Shown here piece after piece: positions 8,052 through 16,154 of a DNA stretch of 37,981 nucleotides. Location of the stretch: NCBI GenBank assembly GCA_016198685.1, contig JACQID010000001.1, positions 1 through 37,981 of the forward strand, given 5' to 3'. The notes beneath the pieces are model-generated. The model did not search any database and had not been told where the DNA came from. It saw only the letters and a list, made by a program, of their open reading frames with translations. Made by a program: the position numbers and the translations under genes. The stretch is from Candidatus Aenigmatarchaeota archaeon (GTDB lineage: Archaea > Aenigmatarchaeota > Aenigmatarchaeia > GW2011-AR5). Position 1 is the stretch's first letter. Each line of letters begins with the position of its first letter.

Positions 8052-9263
8052 TTAAGAAACAATTCCGTAGCCGATAAGATGCCATCTGCCGCCTATGTGC
8101 TTTGAAAGGGAAATTCTGTCGCCCTTCCTTGCGATTACCGGAATTTTCACCTTGACCTGCGCATCCTTGCCGGCAGATGCTATAGATCCTACGGTCTTGG
8201 ATATTGCCGCGGTTATCATCACGACATCACCAGTTTTCAAGTTGCCGACCTTTTCTTGGCCTCCTGTGCCTATTACGTGGTCAAAGAGATACGGCACAAA
8301 CTTGAAATCGCTAGTTGCGCTCATTTTGCCTATTTGGCATACTGTGTTGCCTGATAGGCTGTCACTCTTTCCGAGAGCAGGATCGAGCGATGTTTCTAAT
8401 GCAACAAGGCCTCCGGGGCCTGCGTTCTCGATCTTTTGCCCAAATTTGACTATGCCAGTGATTTTTGTTTTCAGTGATTTCCATAAAGCGTCTGCAGAAG
8501 CGCCAGGATGTATTTCTATTTCATCTCCTACTGCAAATTCGCCTGAAACTACAGAGCCGCCAAGAACAGCGCCTTTTAATTCCTTATAGGGGGTTCCGGG
8601 CTTGTTTACATCAAAGCTTCGTGCTGCATAGAATACCGGCTCGCCCTTGTTCCTTTCAGGTGTAGGCATGTATTTTTCTATTGCCTCTATGAGCAAATCG
8701 ATATTGATGCCGTGAGCAGCGCTTACAGGGATTATAGGGGCGTTTTCAGCAACGGTTCCCTTGACAAAATCCTTTATTTCGTTGTAGCTTTCCAGAGCCC
8801 GCTCCTCGGAAACAAGATCGACCTTGTTCTGCACTATTATGACATTCTTTATTCCTGAGATGTCAAGTGCCTTGAGATGCTCGGCAGTCTGCGGCCTTGG
8901 GCACTTCTCGTTGGCGGCTACAAGAAACAGTGCGCCATCCATAAGAACAGTGCCCGATAAGACCGTTGCCATAAGCGTTTCGTGGCCAGGAGCATCTATG
9001 AAAGAGACAGCTCTCTTGGCTGTGCAATCCGAAAAGCAGGAAGAGCATTTGCCTGTGGGAGAATAGCGCTTTTCCTTCTCGCAATAATAAAAAATAGCAT
9101 CGGCATAGCCGAGGCGTATTGTGATGCCCCGCTTCATTTCTTCGCTGTGCCTGTCAGTCCACGCACCGGTTAAGGCATTAACAAGAGTTGTTTTGCCGTG
9201 GTCTACGTGGCCAAGAGTACCTATGTTAATTTCCGGAATCAATTTTTGCGAGAAGACAATCAC
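8052..9263 (-). CDS. eif2g: Translation initiation factor aIF-2 gamma subunit
   Basis: Motifs INIGTLGHVDHGKT, EEMKRGITIRLGY, DAPGHE, PRPQTAEHL, NKVD, RSFDVNKPG and RWHLIGYG. The GTG start overlaps the eS6 stop. Confidence 0.97.
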   Translation of the reverse strand: MIVFSQKLIPEINIGTLGHVDHGKTTLVNALTGAWTDRHSEEMKRGITIRLGYADAIFYYCEKEKRYSPTGKCSSCFSDCTAKRAVSFIDAPGHETLMATVLSGTVLMDGALFLVAANEKCPRPQTAEHLKALDISGIKNVIIVQNKVDLVSEERALESYNEIKDFVKGTVAENAPIIPVSAAHGINIDLLIEAIEKYMPTPERNKGEPVFYAARSFDVNKPGTPYKELKGAVLGGSVVSGEFAVGDEIEIHPGASADALWKSLKTKITGIVKFGQKIENAGPGGLVALETSLDPALGKSDSLSGNTVCQIGKMSATSDFKFVPYLFDHVIGTGGQEKVGNLKTGDVVMITAAISKTVGSIASAGKDAQVKVKIPVIARKGDRISLSKHIGGRWHLIGYGIVS

Positions 9264-9676
9264 CCTTGCTTCTTGGGCGCTTCCTCGCCCTCTTTTTTGA
9301 AGTATTCATCCAGCGTCTTGTCGCCAGCTTCCACGACCTTGCAATTTATCTGAGCCACTTCAGCGCTTACTGTGTTGCCCCTAAGGCTTCTTCTTTTTCT
9401 CATGCCTTCGGGCCTGAATTTCTTCTTTTTCTCGCGCTTCGTGCCTTTGAAGCCGGCGCCGGCGGCGATAAGTAGTTTCTTTCTCGCTTGTCCTTCTATA
9501 TCCTTTCTCATGGGAAAACCGGACTTATCAGAGCCGCCTGTTATGGCAAGCTTGTATCCGGGCAGTCCTATCAAGGATCCTTCAAATGTATCTCCTATTT
9601 TCTTTCCTGCCAGTGGAGCGTCCTTTTCTGTCTGATAGGACTTGCCACCCTGGCTTATCACGAACTTAAACGCCAT
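9260..9676 (-). CDS. rps6e: 30S ribosomal protein S6e (eS6)
   Basis: Motifs GKKIGD, GLPGYKLAITGGSDKSGFPMRKD and RKRRSLRGN...QINCK. GGGGGTG SD-like sequence upstream. Confidence 0.96.
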   Translation of the reverse strand: MAFKFVISQGGKSYQTEKDAPLAGKKIGDTFEGSLIGLPGYKLAITGGSDKSGFPMRKDIEGQARKKLLIAAGAGFKGTKREKKKKFRPEGMRKRRSLRGNTVSAEVAQINCKVVEAGDKTLDEYFKKEGEEAPKKQG

Positions 9677-9771
9677 TTTTACGCACCCCCAGTTTTCAGA
9701 GCCGGGTTATGACCTTGCTCACATTTCTCTTAAACGGGAAGATATTTAAGGATAGAACGTGTCGTAGAATT

Positions 9772-10266
9772 ATGCCAACGCCAGCAGAAAATGCGCGAGC
9801 CTTTGTGACTATATGGAACACGAGATTTCCCCTGTTGAATATGGGGGGTGCTGTTATATACGGAGGCAGCCAGCATGATATTGAAAGGAGGGGTAATAAT
9901 GAATATGTTGCCGGCCTTCTCGGCAGGCTCGAAGAAACGCTCAAAGGTGCCTATGTAACGGCGTCATGCAGTGAATATCTTAGCGAAACGGCCAGAAGAT
10001 CTTTTAGAATAGGAATGCCTCCGTCCATGAGGGTGCCATTGTATGCACTCGACATAGACGAGGCTAATGCGCGATACGGCATTTTTTCCAACGACACGGA
10101 AAATCTCGCTGCTATAGAGACCGAGCTTCTAGAAGTCCAAGAAGAAGCGACCCGGGAACTTGAAATGATGGCACTATTGGGATTCACGACGCCGAACGAT
10201 ATGAAGTATTTGAACCAAAGATGGCGGGCGGAATTTGGGGAAAAATACGGATTGAAAAATAAATAA
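9772..10266 (+). CDS. Hypothetical protein (ORFan)
   Basis: 164-aa ORF with protein-like composition. The ATG at 9772 follows ATTTAAG at 9744-9750, so it is preferred over 9709. Confidence 0.6.
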   Translation: MPTPAENARAFVTIWNTRFPLLNMGGAVIYGGSQHDIERRGNNEYVAGLLGRLEETLKGAYVTASCSEYLSETARRSFRIGMPPSMRVPLYALDIDEANARYGIFSNDTENLAAIETELLEVQEEATRELEMMALLGFTTPNDMKYLNQRWRAEFGEKYGLKNK

Positions 10267-10289
10267 GCAGAAAACGATAAGACTATGAG

Positions 10290-10493
10290 TCACTCCATAG
10301 TGCAGCTTTCGCAGAACTTTGGTTGCCCGTCTTTTTCCGTCTGTGCGGCGCAGGATTTACATTGTTCCGTCCTTCGCAACGGACGGCCTTTCTCTTCGCA
10401 TCCGCCGGTTGCGCACGTGTTCAGTCCTGAGGAGTACTGCTTCTCCGTTACTACACCTTTGCATGATCCGCCGCATGCATACATAGTCGCCAT
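10290..10493 (-). CDS. Small Cys-rich putative metal-binding protein (67 aa, 8 Cys)
   Basis: MATMYACGGSCKGV...C...C...CKSC...CESC. A GGTGA SD motif sits at 10502-10498, just upstream of the ATG. Confidence 0.75.
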   Translation of the reverse strand: MATMYACGGSCKGVVTEKQYSSGLNTCATGGCEEKGRPLRRTEQCKSCAAQTEKDGQPKFCESCTME

Positions 10494-10551
10494 TCAATCA
10501 CCAATAATAGTTCCATTGAACCAATAAATAATTTCCGAGGCTCTTTACACC

Positions 10552-11925
10552 ATGGAATGGCCAATTTTTTATAAAAGTGAACTAAAGCTTGGCAAGGGCT
10601 CGGCTGCTATATGCACTCTTTGGACAAAAAAGGAGATAATCTGGAAGGCGCTTGACGAAGGCGGCTACAGCGTCTGCGCAAATCTTTATACAATTCAAGG
10701 AATAAACCCGCTCATCAAGAACGTTCTGGCGCGGCCGGAAATAAGGACCATAATACTGTGCGGAGCCGATCTCATGAAGAGCGGGGATGCGATTCTTAAC
10801 CTCATGAAAAATGGAATTGATGCAGAAAGAAAAATAATAGGCTCTGCAGGTATCATAGATTCCAATATTCCATTGGATGCTCTGGAAAAATTCCGGCAAA
10901 ACGTGCATATCATAGATATGCGAGGAAAGGAAAGTGAAATCGCAAGCGAAATTGCAAAATATACGAACCAAGAATCATTTATGGAGCCTCTTTTTATAAC
11001 AGAACTTGACAAGGTTTCATTCCCTCTTTATACTAAAGAGCCGGTATTCAAAATATTTGGAAGATCGCCTGACGAGGCATGGCTCAAGGCATTGGACGTC
11101 GTAACGAAATTTGGGGACGAAAAGCCTACAGAATATAATGCAAAAATGAAGGAAGTGATAGGCATAGTTGCGGTCATCGAGGAAGATATAGAAAGCGTAT
11201 TTCTCTCAAAGGAGGATGCTGAAAACTATTACAAGACGGTCTTCTCGGCGCAGAAGCCAGATGGGGTCGAATATACCTATGGAGAAAGATTATTTTCTTT
11301 CAATGGGCGCAATCAGATAAAACAGGTAATTGAGCGCATTAAAGCAACTCCTTATACAAGAAGGGCTACTGCCGTAACATGGGATATTTCCAAAGACAGC
11401 GAAAGCAACAATCCGCCTTGTCTGACTCAAATAATGTGGAACGTCAAGGACAAGAAGCTCTATCAGACCTGTATCTTTCGTTCCCATGACATATTTGGCG
11501 CATGGCCTCTCAATGCATATGCTATGAGAAGATTGCAAAAATATATGGCACAAGAGCTTGCTATGGAAACAGGACATCTAGTAATACTTTCCAATTCTGC
11601 ACATGTCTATGAGCATGATTGGAGACGTGCAGAAGACATGGTGCACAACAATTATTCAGGCAAAATAACAACGTTTGAGGAAGATGAAAACGGATATTTT
11701 GTACTGAATGTCGATAATGGAGAAATAAGTGTACAGCATTATCTGAAGGATGGGAGGAAGAGCGATTATCTCTTTCGGGGAACCAAGGCTCAGGTTCTCT
11801 ACAGACAGATAACACATGAAAATTTATTTTCAAGATACGACCATGCCGCATACATCGGTCATGAGCTTGCGCGCGCCGAGACGTGCCTTAAAAATGGAAA
11901 ACGTTATGTTCAGGATGAAGCTTGA
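10552..11925 (+). CDS. thyA: Three-domain fusion: MtrA-like N-terminal domain, archaeal-type thymidylate synthase ThyA, DUF4346-like C-terminal domain
   Basis: ThyA catalytic set: TRRA, PPC(290), RSHD(310-313), WPLN(321), HVY(351-353). N-terminus AICTLW...NLYT.QGIN.LIKNVLARPEIR.IILCG...IIGSAG.IDSNIP..A.EKFR is MtrA-like. C-terminus DENGYF...HAAYIGHELARAE.CL..G..YVQD is DUF4346-like. Confidence 0.88.
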   Translation: MEWPIFYKSELKLGKGSAAICTLWTKKEIIWKALDEGGYSVCANLYTIQGINPLIKNVLARPEIRTIILCGADLMKSGDAILNLMKNGIDAERKIIGSAGIIDSNIPLDALEKFRQNVHIIDMRGKESEIASEIAKYTNQESFMEPLFITELDKVSFPLYTKEPVFKIFGRSPDEAWLKALDVVTKFGDEKPTEYNAKMKEVIGIVAVIEEDIESVFLSKEDAENYYKTVFSAQKPDGVEYTYGERLFSFNGRNQIKQVIERIKATPYTRRATAVTWDISKDSESNNPPCLTQIMWNVKDKKLYQTCIFRSHDIFGAWPLNAYAMRRLQKYMAQELAMETGHLVILSNSAHVYEHDWRRAEDMVHNNYSGKITTFEEDENGYFVLNVDNGEISVQHYLKDGRKSDYLFRGTKAQVLYRQITHENLFSRYDHAAYIGHELARAETCLKNGKRYVQDEA

Positions 11926-12057
11926 TTATTCATAAGTCTCTTGATTTTCTCATCGAGGTTTTGAATGTGTTAGTATATGATATCTTCCATATCTTCTTCG
12001 GGAAACGCGCATATTTCTATAGTCGGATTTATCGAAAACAACCTATTAAAATCATAG

Positions 12058-12507
12058 TTAACCCAGGAAATTGCCTGCGATAGCGAACAAAATAAATGTC
12101 GTTACAAAGCTCACGAGCATGAAAGTTATGTATCTGAATCCCATGGTCTTATAGACTGTTGTAACCATCAACGCCGAAACAATATGATAGAAGCCGAACA
12201 TTATGGCTGCTATCTGCAGATAAGGTTGATCATTGAACATGCCTGTCAGGGCGCCGGTCATGCCTGCGAGGGGTATCACGAACATCGCATGGCCCCACTG
12301 CTTGCTTCTCCATATATAATATGCAATCGCAATGAGGATGCCATAAATAGCGCCGTCATTTATGCCTCCGATATAACCTGTTGTTATTGCACAGAAAACA
12401 ACAGTGTCAAAGCCTCTCCTGTAAGCGCCGAGATAAGGGCTGATTCGCCTGAAGAAAAAGTTCAGCGCCAGAGATATAAGGAATATTACCGGCACAGATA
12501 CAGCCAT
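12058..12507 (-). CDS. Membrane protein, ECF-transporter S-component-like
   Basis: 149 aa with 5-6 TM segments. GFDTVVFCAITTGYIGGINDGAIYG resembles the S-component TM2-TM3 G..GP..G motif. Confidence 0.55.
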   Translation of the reverse strand: MAVSVPVIFLISLALNFFFRRISPYLGAYRRGFDTVVFCAITTGYIGGINDGAIYGILIAIAYYIWRSKQWGHAMFVIPLAGMTGALTGMFNDQPYLQIAAIMFGFYHIVSALMVTTVYKTMGFRYITFMLVSFVTTFILFAIAGNFLG

Positions 12508-12584
12508 GCTGCATAATTTGCCGCTAGGGATAAAAACATAGTGTTGATTTTCTCTAATTTAAGTTTTTCTTACAATTAGATACG

Positions 12585-14168
12585 ATGTTTACAGAGGAAC
12601 AGATTCGCACACTTTCCAAGTTCATGACCAATACTGACAAGCCGATATTTGCACTCAAAAACCTTCCTGAAGTCGTCAAGGGCGCGATGTTTTCGAGATA
12701 CAGCAGGACATCCAAGAGCCTGCGCGAGCTTCTTTTGAGTGAATTTTTGCAGAATCAGGATATTTCTACCATGGATCTTGAAGGCATACCTACCAAGAAA
12801 GCCGAGGAATTCTATGATAGGGTTCTTGTCGAATATGGTGACGACTCTGTAGCCGAACTTGGCGGCGCCCATATTGCATGCGAGGGCGTTTCCATGATAG
12901 CAACGAAAATCCTGGAAGATGCGCGCATAGGGCTTTCGCCGCTTGAGAAAAGCACAAGGTACGTATTCTTCAATGAAAAACAAGACGGAAGGTACAAATT
13001 CTGCCGCGAGACCTCGATAATGAGTTCGGAATTCGCCGGTCTTTACGAGGAAACGTGCAATATGCTTTTCGACATGTATTCAGAACTCATAGAGCCGATG
13101 AAGGCTTATATTATTAGCATATTTCCAAAGCCAGCTGATATGACGGATAGGGCTTATGATTTCACGGTGCGCGCAAAAGCCTGCGACGTCCTGCGTGTAT
13201 TTCTTCCTGCATCGACCCTGACGAATATGGGAATATACGGAAACGGGCGGGCATTTGAGTATCTTATAACCAAGATGTACGCATCGCCGATGCAGGAGAT
13301 ACAGCATATAGCAAAAAGCATGCAGGAAGAACTGGGAAAGATAATACCCTCTTTTGTGAAAAGAGCTGATGACGCTTACGGCAGGACAATGCAGGAATAC
13401 ATGAAACAGACAGAAACATCTACGCGTTCGCTTGTTTCTTCACTCGCCAAGAGCAATGGGACAGAAAGCGAAGAAGTCATACTGGCCAGTTTTGATAAGA
13501 ACGCCGAGGAGAAGATAATTGCCGCAATCCTTTATTCGCATTCGCAGATTTCCATGACTGAGTCTCTCCAGCTTTCGCATTCAATGAGCTTGGATAATAA
13601 GGCAAAGGTAATTGAAGAATATACGAGACAAAGAAGCAACCGCCGCCACAGGCCGGGCAGGGCATTTGAGAACGCGTATTACACATTTGATATCTTGGGC
13701 AATTATGGAATATACCGCGATTTGCATCGTCACCGTGCCTTGACCCAGCAAAGACAAATTCTGACAACAGAGCTGGGATACGATATCCCTAAAGAGCTTG
13801 TAGCTGTAGGAGCTGCTGAAAAATATCATGATGCGATGAGAAAAGCGGGCGAAGCATGGAAAAAAATAAGCGCCAAGATGCCATGGCAGGCGCAGTATGT
13901 CGTGCCGTTCGGCTATCGCATCCGATGGTATTTCACGCTGAATGCGCGAGAGCTTTATCATCTTCTGGAGCTACGAACCGTGAAGCAGGGCCATCCTGAT
14001 TACAGACGAATATGCCAGAAGATGTATGTTCTTGCCAAAGCCGCCCATCCTGCAGTTTTCAAGAACATGAGATTTGTTGACATGAATAATTATGAAATGC
14101 AGCGCGATGAGGCGGAAAAACGCATTGATAGGAAGATGGAAGACGTAAGGAAGAAATACGGAAGCTAA
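12585..14168 (+). CDS. thyX: Tandem-domain FAD-dependent thymidylate synthase (ThyX)
   Basis: N domain: YGDDSVAELG, RIGLSPLEKSTRY, DVLRVFLPAST.TN. C domain: RDLHRHR, AQYVVPFG, LNARELYHLLELRT..QGHPDYR. Confidence 0.9.
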   Translation: MFTEEQIRTLSKFMTNTDKPIFALKNLPEVVKGAMFSRYSRTSKSLRELLLSEFLQNQDISTMDLEGIPTKKAEEFYDRVLVEYGDDSVAELGGAHIACEGVSMIATKILEDARIGLSPLEKSTRYVFFNEKQDGRYKFCRETSIMSSEFAGLYEETCNMLFDMYSELIEPMKAYIISIFPKPADMTDRAYDFTVRAKACDVLRVFLPASTLTNMGIYGNGRAFEYLITKMYASPMQEIQHIAKSMQEELGKIIPSFVKRADDAYGRTMQEYMKQTETSTRSLVSSLAKSNGTESEEVILASFDKNAEEKIIAAILYSHSQISMTESLQLSHSMSLDNKAKVIEEYTRQRSNRRHRPGRAFENAYYTFDILGNYGIYRDLHRHRALTQQRQILTTELGYDIPKELVAVGAAEKYHDAMRKAGEAWKKISAKMPWQAQYVVPFGYRIRWYFTLNARELYHLLELRTVKQGHPDYRRICQKMYVLAKAAHPAVFKNMRFVDMNNYEMQRDEAEKRIDRKMEDVRKKYGS

Positions 14169-14491
14169 ATACGTTCGTTCAATACCATGTAGAATGCCTC
14201 TAAAATTTGTCTTTCCCTGCGATTTTTGTTGTATCCTAGGTGTGAAGGTTCTAATGTAATTAGTTGGCCTTGAATTTTAGTCTTAAACGCGAATTCATTC
14301 ATAGGCGGATAGTAACTGAAATATTTCTTTATTTCCTGAGGCTGTCCATCATAGAATACACTGAGGCTTCCCAATGAAAACTGAGGATTTTTTACTTGGC
14401 CGCGAATCGGGGGTAGCTTTCTTATAGCATCGACAAATTCTGCTATTTCTCTTTCATTCCTTATTGCAGTAGCATTGTTGTATTTTACCAT
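14165..14491 (-). CDS. Hypothetical protein (ORFan)
   Basis: 108-aa ORF whose stop overlaps the thyX stop (CTAA). It lies 6 bp downstream of the next minus-strand gene. Confidence 0.65.
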   Translation of the reverse strand: MVKYNNATAIRNEREIAEFVDAIRKLPPIRGQVKNPQFSLGSLSVFYDGQPQEIKKYFSYYPPMNEFAFKTKIQGQLITLEPSHLGYNKNRRERQILEAFYMVLNERI

Positions 14492-14497
14492 AGGCAG

Positions 14498-14797
14498 TCA
14501 CGCAAGCTTTCTCATGATGGATATTATCGAGAACAATCCTTTTTGAAGAAGCCAGACCGACGCTACAAGCGTCAGTTTTGGGTGTGAAAATACGCCTAAA
14601 GCTATCAGGAACATGTAAATGCCTACTGCAAGGTCTATCTTGCTTGCAAAGTCGGTCGGGGAAAAAAGCGCACCCTTGCCTGTGACGTAAGCCGCGTGAT
14701 AGAATATTACCGAGTTGTCGAACCAGCCCCATAACGCATACGTCCCAAGAACGAAGGATGTTGCGATATCAAGGAATCCGAGTATGTAGGCAAGCAT
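14498..14797 (-). CDS. Small 3-TM membrane protein
   Basis: MLAYILGFLDIATSF...KG.LF....FASKIDLAVGIY...LLQKG.FS. The ATG at 14797 is preferred over 14836. Confidence 0.65.
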   Translation of the reverse strand: MLAYILGFLDIATSFVLGTYALWGWFDNSVIFYHAAYVTGKGALFSPTDFASKIDLAVGIYMFLIALGVFSHPKLTLVASVWLLQKGLFSIISIMRKLA

Positions 14798-14891
14798 GTT
14801 TTTATTCCTTGAATGAAAATACTTAAGGTATGACATCTCGTGCAGGCGGCAAATTGTTTATTTTGCCAAAAATACACCTAATTTTCAAAAT

Positions 14892-16103
14892 TTATACTTC
14901 CGGATATATCGGGAATCCGGAACACAGGTCTTGCACGTCCTTGCGGACATTCTCGCCTTTCATGGCGCGGTTCATGAGGGAGCCGACTTCCTGCATGTCT
15001 TTTTCCTTCATGCCGCGCGAAGTAAGCGTAGGCGTTCCGAAGCGTATGCCTGAAGGATCCCACGGCTTTCGCTGGTCATAGGGAACGGTATTCTTGTTGA
15101 CGTAGATGCCGTTCTTTTCAAGCAGCAATTCGGCATCTTTCCCCGTTATTTTCTGTTCAAGGTCTGCGAGTAGCAGATGCGAGTCAGTGCCGCCGGAAAC
15201 GAGCCGCATCTCGACTGCCTTGGCAAGGGCTTTCGCGTTGGTTATTATCTGCCGGGCGTAATCCTTGAACCCCGGCTTCATTGCTTCGGCAAAGCACACG
15301 GCTTTGGCGGCTATGGCGTTTTCATGGGGGCCGCCCTGCAGCCCGGGAAATATCGCTTTGTCTATTTTCTCGGAAAATTCCTGCCTGCAGAGTATCATGG
15401 CGCCGCGCGGGCCTCGAAGAGTTTTGTGCGTTGTCGTCATTACAATGTCGGCATACGGAACCGGTGACGGATAAGCCCCACCGGCAACAAGTCCTGCAAA
15501 ATGTGACATGTCTACAAACAGCTTAGCACCGACAGAATCGGCAATCTCGCGGAACCTTCTGAAATCAATCACGCGGGTATATGCGGTATAGCCGCAGAGA
15601 ATCATTTTAGGATTGTGCTGCTTTGCAAGTGATTCTATTTCATCATAATCGAGAAGCTCATTGTCCTTGCGCACGCGGTATGGCACGGCGTTATAGTCTG
15701 TTCCTGAAAAGTTGATTTTTAGGCCGTGAGTTATATGCCCGCCGTGTGACAGTTCGAGTCCCATGAATGCATCGCCCTTGTTAAGAAGTGCCCGGAATAC
15801 AGCTTGGTTTGCAGGCGAGCCTGAATAAGGCTGGACGTTCACGTGTTCTGCTCCAAAGAGCTTCTTTGCCCTTTCAATAGCAAGGTTTTCTATCTCGTCA
15901 ATAACTTCATTTCCGCCGTAATATCTCTTTCCAGGATAGCCTTCTGAATACTTGTTATGCGGAAAAGAAGAGAGTGCTTCGAGGACTGCAAGCGACGGTA
16001 TATTCTCTGAAGGTATCAGTTCAAGACCGTTTCTCTGGCGTTCCAGCTCCTTCATGACAAGGGCAAAAACGTCAAAATCCCCTTCTTTGAGCTTTGCAAG
16101 CAT
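14892..16103 (-). CDS. glyA: Serine hydroxymethyltransferase (bacterial-type motifs)
   Basis: Motifs LELIPSEN, YSEGYPGKRYYGG, NVQPYSGSPAN, HGGHITHG, DMSHFAGLV, PLP-Lys TTTHKTLRGPRG and PSGIRFGTP. Confidence 0.98.
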   Translation of the reverse strand: MLAKLKEGDFDVFALVMKELERQRNGLELIPSENIPSLAVLEALSSFPHNKYSEGYPGKRYYGGNEVIDEIENLAIERAKKLFGAEHVNVQPYSGSPANQAVFRALLNKGDAFMGLELSHGGHITHGLKINFSGTDYNAVPYRVRKDNELLDYDEIESLAKQHNPKMILCGYTAYTRVIDFRRFREIADSVGAKLFVDMSHFAGLVAGGAYPSPVPYADIVMTTTHKTLRGPRGAMILCRQEFSEKIDKAIFPGLQGGPHENAIAAKAVCFAEAMKPGFKDYARQIITNAKALAKAVEMRLVSGGTDSHLLLADLEQKITGKDAELLLEKNGIYVNKNTVPYDQRKPWDPSGIRFGTPTLTSRGMKEKDMQEVGSLMNRAMKGENVRKDVQDLCSGFPIYPEV

Positions 16104-16154
16104 TAGCCATTATTGGAAAAGAAAATATTAATCTGCCGTCATACATGTTAAGCT

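Noticed and set aside
10552-10970. Evidence for methanogenesis (Mtr complex)
   Set aside because: Only an isolated MtrA-like domain lacking the corrinoid His is present, fused to ThyA, with no other mtr or mcr genes.
10552-11925. ThyA domain as a phage-type dCMP hydroxymethylase (DNA hypermodification)
   Set aside because: The specificity residue is Asn (WPLN), typical of dUMP enzymes, not Asp, and no phage or glycosyl-transfer-to-DNA genes are adjacent. A dUMP-derived modification remains possible and is kept in the findings.
11926-12057. Protein-like minus-strand frame (NYDFNRLFSINPTIEICAFPEEDMEDIIY*HIQNLDEKIKRL) suggesting a pseudogene or stop readthrough
   Set aside because: It is short, has no start codon or recognisable homology, and all other genes use standard stops, so there is no evidence of recoding.
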